A stretch of 63,982 bases of DNA, counting the filler, from Sphacelaria rigidula (Eukaryota): assembly GCA_964200075.2 (NCBI GenBank). It is 3 parts of 3 records of this genome, joined end to end, with 100 filler letters (N's around TTAATTAATTAA, not from the genome) between each part and the next. Parts side by side here need not be neighbours in the genome. Positions count along the whole stretch, not along the records: positions 1 to 21,329 come from CAXNAA020000435.1; positions 21,430 to 42,757 come from CAXNAA020000436.1; 1 more part is not named here. The stretch is one strand, 5' to 3'. Of this stretch, positions 11,901 to 23,963 are shown in pieces. The notes beneath the pieces are model-generated. The model was not told the origin of the DNA, did not search any database, and saw only the letters and a list, made by a program, of their open reading frames with translations. Every line of letters starts with the position of its first letter. Position 1 is the first letter of the stretch. The translations under genes were made by a program, and so were the position numbers.

Positions 11901-12779
11901 GTGGGGCGACGCACGAGTAGTTGTACGCCTTCATCCGTAGTAAAAGTGGTACGTTTACGCACGAGTTCGTATACGTCAGGGATATCTGGGGGTGGCAGTG
12001 TGCTAACCGGGGCCAGACTGGCGGGTGGAAAAGGGACTGGGCAGTCAAGCTGTAAGTACCAGATGGCTGCGCGACATCAAGGTTCCGCGTTTTTTTCGCG
12101 GGGGCCCAATCACGGTGAGAGTAGCTGGCGAGAAACTCGCGTAGTTGACCTTCCGCTGGAGAGCTGACCAAACGTGGTGGGGTTGGCAGCGGGGGAAAAG
12201 GCGACGGGGCAGAAATGCCGACGTCAAAATCTGCCCCGGGAACAGGAGCTGAGTCCTCGGCTCCATGCTCGGGAGCGGTAGCTGTAGGCGGCGCCGTGAT
12301 GGGCGGCGGGGTTGTAGCAATGCGTGGCAAAGATTCTTCGCGGCGCGTGGTGGATGTTGCAGTATTTTTCGCGGAGCGTTGCTTACTGGTCCGTTGGACC
12401 GGTGCTGCGTGGCTCGTGGGATTTGTAGATGTTATCGATAGCGGCGGGGCACTCGGGGGCGTGGTGCGGGCGGCAGACCGGGAGCGCATGTTATCGAAGA
12501 TTAGGTGCATGACCGAAGGCGTCTCCATCAAAAGCTTCGCGCGAGTACCAAAAGTGCGGAAATCGACAAAATCGGAGGTAGTGGGCTTCAACCCACCCAA
12601 GACGGTGTCATATGGTAGAGGACGAAGACCGCCCATGTGCATACCAGTCTCTGGGCACTGTAGGTCAAGGGCATAAACGGGCGTTGAAAAACGTCTTATA
12701 GGGTAATTCCCGGGTTCATCGGGCTCCGTTAAACGGCAAGCCGGGCTGAAATCTGCGGCCGTAGGCGGCAGGGGTAGTC

Positions 12780-14130
12780 GCGAAAGAAGGTCAGCTTTAC
12801 CGTTGGTTTTGCCTGGACGGTGCTTTATGGTATACTGGTACGCTGTTGGAAATTCCAACCATCGTTGTACACGCGGGTTGTGTTCGCCAACCTAGGCAAG
12901 TTGTTCGAGTGCCCCATGATCCGTGTAGATCTCAAATGGTACGTTCAACAGGTATTGTCGGAGGCGCTTAATGGCCCAGGTGATTACTCCACCTTCCAAT
13001 TCTAGCATGCTCCAGTTGGTCTCGTTGGGCAGAGTGGCGCGGCTGATATAGAGGATGGGGCGAATGAACCGTCAAACTAAGGTTGATTCAAAACTCCTCC
13101 AAGTCCGTCTGTGCTGGCGTCAGGGTGTAGTTGGAAAAGGCAAGAGCCATCTTGTACTGCATCCCAATAAGGGAAAGAGAGTATAGGCTTTTCGGTGAGC
13201 GTTTTCAGCAGTTCGCGGGTGATATTCTCCATATCTGTGGTGAAGGTGAACGCGGCTCCTTTCTTGAGTATCTCAGTAAGGGGCCGAAGCCGTGTGGATA
13301 TATTCGGCAAAAAAAATGCGTTAGTGGGATATTCCGCCCCACAATAAGCAAAGTTGAGAAATGTTGATTGGCATCGACAAGTCAGTCATCGCTCTGACGT
13401 TGTTTGTATCCGGATGTAGGCCTGCTGGCGAAATGGAATGTCCCAGGAAACCCAAGTCAGTCGCGCCAAAGCGAGCTTTGGGTGAAGACAGTTTCAAATC
13501 GTGTATTCGTAGGCGAGAGAGGAATCATCGTATAGTACGGATGTGTGCAATAGGTGACGGATCGAAAGCGATAGCGTCATCTAGGTACATGATGATGTGC
13601 TCAAGACCCTCGGTGACGCGTTGCATTAAGCGTTGAAAGCGTCCCGGGGCAGTGGCAGCGCCTTGTGGCATTCGAAGCCACTCGTAGAGGCCGGACGAGG
13701 TACAGAAGGCTGTAAGTGGGACTGTGTCAGGGTGGATAGCATTCTGGAAAAATCCAGAAGCGAGGTCGAATGTGCTAAATATTTTTCCCTCGCCCAAGGA
13801 GTCGAAGACTTCATCAATGCGGGGAATTGGAAGTTGAACAATCACAGTGACGCGGTTCAACCGTTGGTAGTTCACGGTTAAGCGTATGTTTCCATCCTTT
13901 TGGGGGACGACTACAAGTGGCGAGGCTCAAGGAGAGGAGGAATGTTGTATTAATCCCGCTCCCAAATATGCATCTAAGATAGCATTTGATTTTTTCGTGA
14001 GGATTGGGTTTGTACGGTATGGTCGCGACGATATTGGCGAGACCCCGGGTTGGAGTGTAACCTCAAAGGGCAGCGTTTTGCAGTGCCCAAGATCCGTTTT
14101 GGATCTGAAAAATCGGTCTTGGTACTGTAG
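12780..14130 (-). pseudogene. Gypsy reverse transcriptase and RNase H
   Basis: NYQRLN...PIPRIDE...FDLASGFFQ...TAF...YEWLRMPQG...YLDD; RNase H LHPDASTDGLGGVL and HRPGKTNGKADLLSR. Frameshifted. Confidence 0.95.
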
Positions 14131-14849
14131 GAGGACATCACTGAGTTTTTGGATGACTGCCGGTTCCCAGCCGGGCCCATGAAGGTCAAAATTGATATAA
14201 CGCATGTGTGATGGCAGTTGGTTCCACACCTGCAAGAAACTATACCGAGAATCTGGTGATAATCGTTGAAGCACTTCAGCAGGAGGATCGGAATTTGACT
14301 GGGCAGGATCCACGGTGTGGATCTGGGGTGAAGTCGCAGAGGCGAGGTCGAAAAACGTTTCATCGACACAATGAACTGACTCCGTCGGAGATGATGCGTC
14401 GGGCTCGGCAGGCTCTATTACGCACGTCTTAAGTGGCATGTGTATCAGGGGAGCGGCGGCGATTCCTAAAATATCGCCCGGTTCCAAGTTAGGATGTCCC
14501 GTAAGAGGGAGGAGTTGTTGCCCTGCCGAGACAAAATGTTCTGTGTCGGCTGGTGCACCAATACGGGGTAATATTTCGGCAAAATCATCTCCCGTAAGGG
14601 CAGGCATACAATTTCGGCGAACTAGTGCAATCTCTAAAAGTTGAGGATCGTCGGAGAGCGTAATACCAACACTACCACTGTATCGTAGGTGGTAAGCAGC
14701 TCCGGTTGCTTGAGTATTCTTTCGGTAGGCCAAAGCACCGTGGAGTGTACCAAAGTGTTCGAGGTTGAATTCTGCACGAGCCATGGATTGTGGCGATACT
14801 GGTGGAAGCGTGCGGTAGGTTCGTTTATTTAACCGCATATAGCTATCTC

Positions 14850-15420
14850 TGTCCAATAATATGACGTGATGTATGGTGCTGTCGGGGACAACGTATGCCC
14901 AGATGGCCAGGCTTGCAAAACAAGTGGTGTTGTGAAAAAAATTGCGCACTGAGACGTGAGGATTTTCTCGTTGTCAGAGTTGTGGTAGATGAGGACCGAC
15001 GCCCGGATGGGTAGGGTGACTCGTGTACAGAGTCGAGCTAGGGGACACTGTAGGAGGTTTGATCGGTGCGGGACATCGTCGTCCTAAGTCGGACACTACC
15101 TGGCCGGGGGGGCACTCCCACCTTGGTGCGTACCCATACATTCGCTAGACATGTCTGGCGGGTGGAGCGACTCAAAGCGCTGTACGAAACTGACAATAGC
15201 AAAGTACATGGTGAAAGGTTCCTTCCTATCCTCTGGGGACAAAAAAAAAAGAGGTGTGGTAGAATCACCGAAGCCGCCCCATACTCAAGGTTGGGTAGTG
15301 GTTGCACCAGCTGCGGTAGCAGCGCCAGTCTGTTCCATGTGTTCCCATGTTGATTGTCGAATGAAGGTTTGTGGGCTGCCGCTGTCCAACAGGGATACGC
15401 ATTTCGTAGGCGTGGTAGCG
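14850..15420 (-). pseudogene. Retroviral-type aspartic protease, split by a 260 bp insertion
   Basis: SLLDSGSPQTFI active site and WGGFG flap, resuming after the insert as LTTRKSSRLSAQFFHN...VILLDRD (ILGRD-like). Confidence 0.85.
14990..15249 (+). mobile_element. Poly(A)-tailed retroposed insert with a 14 bp TSD
   Basis: Flanked by AGAGTTGTGGTAGA (14976-14989) and AGAGGTGTGGTAGA (15250-15263). Ends in A9-10. Confidence 0.85.
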
Positions 15421-16539
15421 TTGAGACCAGAGTGGATCGCGACGCGGGTAGTGAAAGTGGTCAGGTCCATAGACACTTTACCGCCGACAAGATCCAGATC
15501 ATGTTCCGGCAAGGTAAATTGGTCAGGATCGGCGGGGTTGACAGCAAAAACGAACGAGGGGTGATCCGCCGGTGGGTCAGATTTTTCACCTGAAAAGGTG
15601 GTGGACGGTATATTATTCCCAGGTGAGGCACGGGTAGACTGATCATTAGCGATTTCGTAAATGACGGTCTTGGGGAGACACGGATCAACATCCAAGGTGG
15701 ATCCAGACTGTGCGTTGTTAGGAACGTCGATTGAAGAAGCAGTGGCGCCAGAAATATTTGAATTTGTGTCTCTCGGGATGCTCGATAAAGCCGTCGAGCG
15801 CAAAGTCGTCGCATTTCGGAGAGATTGAGGTCGAGGTTTTCCGCTCGAAAGAGGTGTGCGTGATGGTGCGCGCGCTTCCTCGAGGGCACCTTTGCGGGGC
15901 TTCCTCTTTCGCCGTGACGATGGTCGGGGAACTTCCAAAACTTCTTGGGGTACCACAATTGCGTCCAGTCGTGTGGATGGGATCAGCATCGGGGCATGCT
16001 CGGGTGAAGCTTGTGGACTTTCCGTTGGCAAACTTTGCTGAGGAGTCATCGCCGATTGTAAGTTGGGACTGTTTTTCTTGGAACCTACCAGGGATGATTC
16101 CGCGTTGTGTAATGAGCGCGAAGAACGAACTCTTTCGAGCTGAGTGGGTTTTACTTGGCCCGAAGTGGTCACATTGAGACCAGCGACACTTGAACCAGTC
16201 GAGTGAGATACACTACTGTCTGCGCGTGCGGTCGCTGAGGGAAGCTTTTGTCTCAGGGGCGGGCGGCTGGTGCTCCCACACCTCAGATTTACACTCAGTT
16301 CTGTGGACCAAGTCCAGAGCCGAGCGTAGAGCTAAGTCGTGAGTTCACGCAACTGTTACGCTGTATGGGAGGAGGTGAAGACGGGGGTCGATTTGAGCGG
16401 CCGTCATTAGTGCTCCTGCATAGTGCCGGGGAGACTGAGCGGAAAAATCTCGTCGCTAGTTTCGCTGGCGGTGTTGAAAAAGTCTTCGAAAGGGCTGTAG
16501 GCGGCGCCGAAGACTTTGGGACGCCGACGTTGTCACGTC

Positions 16540-19500
16540 ATGGATCTAAGCGGTTCGAAGTGAAGGTACCAGGGTTTCTGGTATTGGGGTTCGAGCTATG
16601 TGTCGGTTCCGTTCGCCGGTGTCTATCAGCGGAACCATAGTTGGCGCGAGAGGTATCATCTCGTTGGCAAGTGCCAGAGGCATGGTTGTTGTTTTGTCGG
16701 CGCTCACGATTAGAGCGATAGTTGCCGCGAGAATTCGAATGGTGGCGATTATTACGATTTGGAGTGCAATAGTCGCGCATTCGTTTTTGCCATCGGCGCT
16801 ACGCGGGTTCATTGCTCTGTAGTTCACAGGTCATGAGATCGAACGCATTCATGCATAGGTTATCACAGTCACGCATGCCGTGGCCTTGTACATTGCGATT
16901 GATACATTTGTTGGCGTGGCGGCTGAGAGCGTCGTGTCTAGCCGAAGAAGACAGAAGCGGGTTCCACAAATGGGGATCATCCGTCACAAAAGCTGTTGCA
17001 GAAGTCAACGAAACATCGTCCCATGTCTCCTCAGAGTACGGCCATGCGTCAATACTTGCGCAGAATAGGTCTTTGTTTCTTTCAACGTTCATTACTGAAC
17101 CGGCGACAGAGGCGGGAGTCCATGTAGCACGAGATGAACTCGAATTCCGCCCGCGAGACCCGCAGGTGTTCGCGGAGGAGATGGCGGCAGGCTGTGAACG
17201 CAAAGACAAATATTTGTCACCCCGAATGGCGGGAGTGAGATTGCTTCCTTGATGAACAAAAGCTGTCCACATTGCGTCTACGGAGGCGTGAGGCACCTCG
17301 CGGTGTGCCAGGGCACCCGGAAACAACAACGGCATCAATGCCGGGAACTGCTCAGACACACTCGTACGGACATAAGACTGACACATAGAATCAGAAGGCC
17401 CACTCTGGCGTCCAGTTTCCAAAGTGCTGGAAACCAACAACTTGAACTGACGCAGGTAGTCGGAAGAAGGCACGTTCGTGGCGACACCAAACGAACTTAG
17501 ACGCTGAATGGAGCTACCGTGGGTACTACGATCAAGGTAGCTGGTGAGACGCCGCTTCAAATCACGGAGTATCTATCGTCGGGCCAGTTCGCCCCGAGGC
17601 ACGGTCCGAATCCATCGCTGCGATGAACCCGTCGATGTTCTGCGTCAGTGAAGAGGCAAGGTCAGGCGAGCGCCAAGAGATGGCGCGGTGTAGGGCCTTA
17701 TGTAACGGCGTCTGTCAACCATCAACCCGAATGGGATCTTCGAACCGCTGAGCACCCGTGCGATCCGCTAATTGCAGAACATTGTGAACAGTGCGATGGC
17801 TGGAGTGAAAAAGACTCGAGGTAAACTGTGTTGAGTCTTCATTGTTCGCTGCGGGCATGGTGTTAATATGCCAAAGTTTATTGACACCCATCTGTATGTA
17901 CTCTCTCTGGATAGCAGCTACCCGAGAAGCCTCAGCCTTAGCAGCTGCTGCAGCCTCGCGGGCTGCGGTCTGTGCTTGGCTAGCCGCGGCGGCAGCTAAA
18001 GTGCGGGTCGAGGTCGAAGACAAAGGTCGATCTTTGTCATCAGTGTCAGATAAACCTAATAACTCGCGGGAAACATCGGCAAACGAGGTATTTCTTGCCT
18101 GAAATTAATGAAGTTCACTGACGGTGGGTCAGTCGTTGACTTATTCCCGTGACGGGGATTGCGGGACGAGCTGTCCGATGAGCCAGCTCCCGTGCCTTTC
18201 CAGTTCGGGTGTTGTTTGCTACGAACCGTTCGTCGAGAGTCAGATCCTCAGCGTCCTCCACCGGAGGATCCGGAACCGTCGCAACGACCCTTGCGTCCGC
18301 CACCCTGGCGGTCATCATTGTCGCTGTGGTGTTGATGCGGCCGACAGTTTGCGGTGACCGGAGTCCATCTGCCATCGTCATTGTCGTTGTCGTCGTCAGC
18401 GGAGGTGCTGGACTAAAAATGCGTCCCGTAAGGCCTGCAAAAGGCTATCAGCGGCCCTGTTGTAGGCACCGGCACCATCGTTGGGGCCCGTTTGGGCGTG
18501 TGCCATAAACTGGGCGAGGGTCAGAGCGTGCGGATCTGCCACCGGGAGTTGCGCGCCTTGGTCCAGATATAAACCTAAGGCAACTAAGGCCCTATGGTAG
18601 ACAGTAGTTCAAGCCGCCTTGGAGCTTTGGAGAGGGTTGATTACCGAAACGTCGGCGGAGAAATCTCGCACGGTAAGCACGAGCCAAGTGGCCTCGTGAG
18701 GGGAGAGAGAAAGGCAGGATTCGTCCGCGGGCGTCGCGTCAGGGGTGGCGGCTTCCGACTTGCGGGGTATGCGGTACCCCACAAATGGCGAAGAGTCCGC
18801 GCCCGATGGGGGAGAAGCCTGAAGCGACGTTGCGCACGTCCGAGCGGCCCGATAGTTGGACAGCAACGTCGCCGCGGACGCAGCGTGCTCAGCGGTCCGA
18901 GTAATGTGGACCGCCAGCTCCTCAGTCTTACCTTGACTGGCTGCAACAACCGATTGGTGTTCCGCGTGAGCCCGAAGGGCAGCGAAGTGAGCGGCGGTGG
19001 CGGTGTTGACATTGCGTTGCAGGTTAACTTGCCGAGTGGTAAATTCCTCTCGGAGGAGGCGAATCGCATTTTCGTCAGCAGTGCTGACATTTGGCATGTC
19101 CTGCGATGTTTGCCCTCGGGACTGTCGCCGTAAGATTCGGCGCCGGAGTGGTGGTCGGCAGGGCTGGCACCGGGGCGGTGAATCGGTAACGAGCGATGAT
19201 GTCCTCCTGCGTGGCTGCATTATGCTCCAGAAAGAGGAACACAAGATATCCCGTTGGGCAGGACTCCGCCGTAAGCTACGGCTGAGGGTGTGGCTTGCCC
19301 GGGGACCCATGAGTCGTAGGGGCGCCGCCAACGGTCGTAGTGAGGACTGCAGGAGAAGGCACAGTGGTTGGGGACCAGTTATTATGATGGTCACCGCTGA
19401 CGGCGGCAGGGGCGGCCGTCACAGCAGCCGAACGCGCCACCGCGGGAGTGGCCGGAGCAGGGGTGGCCGCGGCAGGGGCAGCGGTAGTTGCCGCAGACCA

Positions 19501-19930
19501 ATGCTACGATAGGGGTTAGATTTTTGGTTTCTGGGTCTCGTTTTTGTAGGAGCTCAAATCTATGGAGCTTACTGTGCAACCCAAATCTCCGGGGAGAGGA
19601 TATGGAGATGCACACAGGGGCCTTTTCGTGAATCGGCATCATTTTCAGTCTTTTTCAAGTGAAAATGATGCCGATTCTCAAAATGATGCGTGCAACACCC
19701 CGAGAAACATTTTCGCCTAAAAAGTGCAACCCTACCGTAGCATCACTTCGCAGTGGTTGCCGAAGAAATGATGGGCGAAGTCTTGGATGAGTCCATGATC
19801 TGTTTGATGACACAGTGCAGATCAGAAATATGTCGTTGTAGCAAACGGATTGTAGCAGCATCAGCAGCAGAGCGGGATGGAACATCGCGGTTAGCTCGAG
19901 CTCGTCTCTGATGGCGCCGGGGCTCATGAG
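16540..19930 (-). pseudogene. Long, fragmented gag-like region
   Basis: Same-strand ORF fragments between PBS and protease. Degenerate zinc knuckle C-I-N-R-NVQG-H-GMRD-C (CX2CX4HX4C with the second C lost) at ~16865-16906. Ala-rich, coiled-coil-like segments upstream. Confidence 0.65.
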
Positions 19931-19992
19931 AATAATTTTCGCTAGCTTTCTCTATCGAGGAAGCTGGGTTCGATGACAGGTCAGAAAGGATG

Positions 19993-20008
19993 TCTACCGT
20001 CGACGCCA
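19993..20008 (-). promoter_or_regulatory. Primer binding site, probably tRNA-Ser type
   Basis: Minus strand TGGCGTCGACGGTAGA, one base after the LTR end (...CATGACA). Complementary to a tRNA 3' end ...CCGUCGACG-CCA with a G discriminator, as in eukaryotic tRNA-Ser. The isoacceptor assignment is inference. Confidence 0.7.
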
Positions 20009-20009
20009 G

Positions 20010-20210
20010 TGTCATGGGGTTACGCCGGGTGTATGGTAAACACGCCTCACTGCCAAGGCAGGAGGGTAAAAAAACAGGCTTGACACACCAGCTGGGAGAT
20101 GAAGAACAGTCCTGCAGCGTACGACGCTGATGTTCTGTATCCGAGGTATCAAATCAGTCTCACGCATAGGTATGATGCTATTTCTTCTCGAATGCTTAAT
20201 TCCTTGATCT
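20010..20210 (-). repeat. 5' LTR, only ~200 bp retained
   Basis: Aligns without gaps to 8887-9087 with about 26 mismatches (manual count), then similarity stops. Confidence 0.9.
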
Positions 20211-20260
20211 TCTACAGGCTGGTTCACGTTGATCACCCAAAAAACACTCATCGGCAGAAC

Positions 20261-20930
20261 TTCACGCCGTTTTAAGGAGTTAGACCCTGAAATTTTGCAC
20301 GAATATTCTATGGGTCATTACACAACTTTGCAGGAATGTTTTACTTTTTTACTTTTTTACTTTTTCCACCGTTTTCACGGGGGTCCCAGTTTCGGGGGGG
20401 GAACCTCGACCCAATCGGACCCCCGTAAAACGGTAACATGAAAAAATAAAAAAAACACTGTTCCTGCAAAGTTGCGTATTGTCCCAAAGCACAGTTGTAC
20501 AAAATTGCAGGGTCTAACTCCTTAAAACAGCGTGAAATGTTTAGCCTTCGTGCGATGAAGTTTGCCGTACCGCCGTGAAACCGCGAACTACTTGATTTTA
20601 GTACCAAAACGGCGGTTTTGGGCCTTGTTTGACGTGTACATGGAAATTCAAGCATCAGTTGATCGAGCTTTGCGACGAAAATTTGTGGAGCCCATCCTTG
20701 GGTTATGCGGAGGCAGATCGTTTGCGAAATAATGAAAAAAAAAAACGTAGTGCCGTTTTTCTGGGGTCCCAGAATGGAGACTACTTCGAAAAACGACTTC
20801 GATCGCGTCGGACCCCCGAAAAACGGTAAAAAACTCAAGAAGTACAAAAAACATCGTCTGTAGAAAGTTGCGCAATGATACATCATATTCATGCGAAGTT
20901 TCAGGATCTTACTTCCAATGACAGCGTGAA
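20261..20930. mobile_element. Foldback-type repeat with ~120 bp inverted arms and a third diverged arm
   Basis: 20261-20386 (TTCACGCCGTTTTAAGGAGTTAGACCCTG...GGGGGTCC) is the reverse complement of 20417-20536. 20810-20930 is a diverged direct copy of the right arm. Confidence 0.75.
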
Positions 20931-21329
20931 AGTTTGCGCGTTTGTGGAAGACGTGGGCGTGAAACGTGCAACTCCTAACTACTTGGTTTTAGTATAGAAA
21001 CGTCTCTTAGAGTGAATTTGACGTCAAGGCAAGAAAAACTGTATGAGATCTTCGAGTTTCTTCATCAAACTTTGTACATGTGTTTCTTGGACTCTTCCGG
21101 GATGCATCATTTCATCATTTTGGTTCTACGGCATTCTGTACCGCCTTCCGGGGGTCTTCATGCTGGGACCCCCGGAAGCCGGTGGAGAACGGAGAAAATA
21201 TTATACATTGTCAAGAATACGATTTTTCCATTTTGAGCATCAGTACCTACAGAACTGCCGAGTGTGAGGGCGATCTGAGCTTTTCTACAACAGATATACG
21301 GGACACCGTCACGAGGCTCCCTGGGTCTT

Positions 21330-21429
21330 NNNNNNNNNNNNNNNNNNNNNNNNNNNNNNNNNNNNNNNNNNNNTTAATTAATTAANNNNNNNNNNNNNNN
21401 NNNNNNNNNNNNNNNNNNNNNNNNNNNNN
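21330..21429. other. Artificial contig linker
   Basis: N44-TTAATTAATTAA-N44, exactly 100 bp, with stops in all six frames. Confidence 0.97.
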
Positions 21430-21430
21430 T

Positions 21431-21593
21431 CGCAGGATGCAGCTCACCCGTCATGCGACTCGCCGAACACACCACGGCGCTTCGCGCTTGGTGATTGAGG
21501 GCGAGCCTGGTCCGGCGGAAATCCGGCGTGGCTTTGTAGGGATGTGAGGTCAGTGGTCTTATGACTATGGCATGCGTGGTCATGAGTACACCC
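21431..21593 (+). mobile_element. Family X repeat
   Basis: Reverse complement of 49245-49415. Ends CATGAGTACACCC. Confidence 0.8.
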
Positions 21594-21595
21594 TT

Positions 21596-21815
21596 CCATT
21601 CATGCTAGTTGGATCAAGCGTCCAAGTTTCTCCCCTTCTGTTCATGCAGTATGACTCATACGTTCATGCTCCCCGCCTTCCATCCATACGAGGTGAATCA
21701 TGCACACTTGTTTCCCGATTTCCCTTCGTATGGTATGAATAATATGTACATGTTCCCCGCCTTGGTTCATGAATAATATCTGTGAGGCATGCATGGTTCA
21801 TGAAAACATGTTTCG
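21596..21815 (+). repeat. CATG-rich degenerate minisatellite (~40 bp unit)
   Basis: Units like TTCATGCAGYATGAATCAT...CATGYTCCCC. The same family occurs at 24990-25240 and 25420-25560 (shared GGATCAAGCGTSCAAGTTT). Confidence 0.7.
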
Positions 21816-21925
21816 GTCACTTCTCAGGTGTAAAAAAGAAATCTTGTTGAAATTGTCTGTTTGGTCCTTCTGCGCCGCTTTTCGCCCTAAAAGAGAGCTA
21901 GGCAGATGTTGACACCTCCGAATGA

Positions 21926-22273
21926 GTTGCTATACTCGTTGATACTGCTCCCAACACATATTTGCGCTTTCCGATGGCCGCAGTTTTTTTTTGCCAAACT
22001 TGCATTCGCAGTGACAAACGACCAAGATAAAAAGAGCGAAACTCGAGACCGTCCCAGGACACATCTTTGCGTTTTCCAATTGCGACAGTTTTTTTTTTGT
22101 CAAACTTGCACTCTCAGTAACAAACGACCATGTGATGAAAAGGCAGCGAAACACGGTCAGTATTTCAATGACTTGACCGTTTGTTATTAAGGATGCGAGT
22201 TTGGCAAAAAAAATGCGGCCGCCGGAAACGCGAAGGTATGTCCTGGAACGGTCGCAATTGAGTGTAGCAAGTT
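21926..22273. mobile_element. MITE with ~80 bp imperfect TIRs
   Basis: 21926-22008 (TTGCTATACTC...TGGCCGCAGTTTTTTTTTGCCAAACTTGCAT) is inverted at 22192-22273. An internal direct copy lies at 22045-22110. Confidence 0.7.
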
Positions 22274-22276
22274 ATT

Positions 22277-22805
22277 CTAGGCCAGGTCGGGTAGGGCGTG
22301 CCCAACAGTCGGTATTATGAAAAGATATACCTATAGTACCCAAACATTTGGGTAGAGTATTGAAGTCATGCCCAATCTACACAAAATTCGAGTGAAGTAT
22401 TTTAGATCGTACCCAACTTCCCGAAGTTTTGAGTAGAGTAATAGAGGCCACACCCAAGCGCTACTCTACCCTCAGGTGTTGCTGAGAGTGCTTACCCAAA
22501 TTTGGGTAGAGTATGCGAGGTCGTACCCAATCTACCAATAATTTGGAGAGTATAAATTTGCGTATCCTAATTACCCAAAGTTTGGGTAGAGTTTCGAGGT
22601 CGTGCCCAAGTGATACTCCACCTAGTTATTGCTGAGTGTGCATACCCAATATTTGGGTAGAGTATGTGAGATCATACCCAATCTACCCAAAATATGGGTA
22701 GAATATTTGAGACCGTACCCAATCTACCCAAACCTTGGGTGGAGTAAATACCCGGGTATTTTACGCGAATATTCGAAAGTACATACCCTACGCGACCTGC
22801 CCTTG
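22277..22805. mobile_element. Non-autonomous TIR element with TACCCAAA/TTTGGGTA subterminal repeats
   Basis: Left CTAGGCCAGGTCGGGTAGGG versus right CCCTACGCGACCTGCCCTTG. The interior is built from palindromic TACCCAAA..TTTGGGTAGAGT units. Confidence 0.8.
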
Positions 22806-23449
22806 ACTTTGTCGATCGAAAACACGCGGAGGAAAGGTACGACGGGGCACTTGACTCCTATCTTGCAAACCACCACGCCAGATAAAACCCGTTCACAGAA
22901 CCAGGCGAACCCCACACAATTCATTCTCAGCTTCCACCGCAACCCTGCAGCATGAAGCACGAGTTGGCGCAGGGATAGATACACTGCAGTAGTTGAGTAT
23001 GATGTTTTTATTTTTTGGTGGTGAAAACTTGAGCATCTTTCATAGCAGGGGTCGGCAACGAAACTGCGTGGTAATATGGACGACCGACTTGCGTACACTC
23101 ATGGGCAGTGCACGCAGTACAAAGCTGCACGTTGTTCAAGTCCTTTTCACGTCGCCCTGTAAGCAGATAGTACAACTAGTCCTGCGCTGTCTGTACTGCA
23201 CGCTGCCTGCTTCTCTTTCGCATCCTTCTGTACGAAACACGCACACACACACACTCAGACACACTGTATGCATACGGCGCAGATAGTGCAGTACTGTACT
23301 GTAGACAAGCGAACAAGTATCGCTTCACAAATTTCACCGTCTTTTTTCGATCGAAAACTTGGACCTAACTTGCGAAAAATGCACGAATTCGCTCAAATCA
23401 ATTATACGGCATAAATTTTCGATCGAAAAATGATGTGCGAAGACACGGC

Positions 23450-23963
23450 CTCACCCAATATCTGGATAAAGTGTCGAAATCGTACCCAATCTACCCAAAG
23501 TTTGGTTAGAATATGAGAGATGGTACCCAACTTACCCAATTTTTGGGTAGAGTATTGAGGTCATACCCAAGTGATACTCTATACTCAGTGAGTTATTGCT
23601 GAGAATACTTGACCCAAATTTGCGTCGAATGTTTGACGTAGCACTTAATTACCCAAAATTGGGGTAGGTTTTGAAAATCATACCCAAATTACCCAAACTT
23701 TGGGTAGAGTATTGAGGTCATACCCAAGAGATACTCTATACCCAGGTATTGCTGAGAGTGCTTACTCAATATTTGGGAGTTTGTGAGATCATACGCAATC
23801 TACCCAAAATTGGGTAAGAGTATCTGAGATGGTACCCTATCTACCCAAAATGTGAGTAGATTATTTGAGGTCGTGCCCAATGTACCTAAACCTTGGGTAG
23901 AGTAAATACCTGGATATTTTACCCGAGTATTCAAAAGTGCATACCCTACCCGACCTGCCCTTG
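23450..23963. mobile_element. Second (right-end) copy of the TACCCA element
   Basis: Same unit structure and same terminus CATACCCTACCCGACCTGCCCTTG. A third terminal fragment lies at 25241-25290. Confidence 0.8.

Larger units (their letters stand above)
8887..20210 (-). mobile_element. Decayed Ty3/Gypsy LTR retrotransposon, gag-PR-RT-RH-IN order, with a chromo-like C-terminus
   Basis: Direct repeats at 8887 and 20010, PBS, putative PPT and all pol motifs in Gypsy order on the minus strand, with many frameshifts and stops. Confidence 0.95.

Noticed and set aside
21330..21429. TTAATTAATTAA palindrome inside N runs (also 42758-42857)
   Set aside because: An identical 100 bp construct occurs twice, so it is an assembly spacer. 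Adjacency across it should not be trusted.
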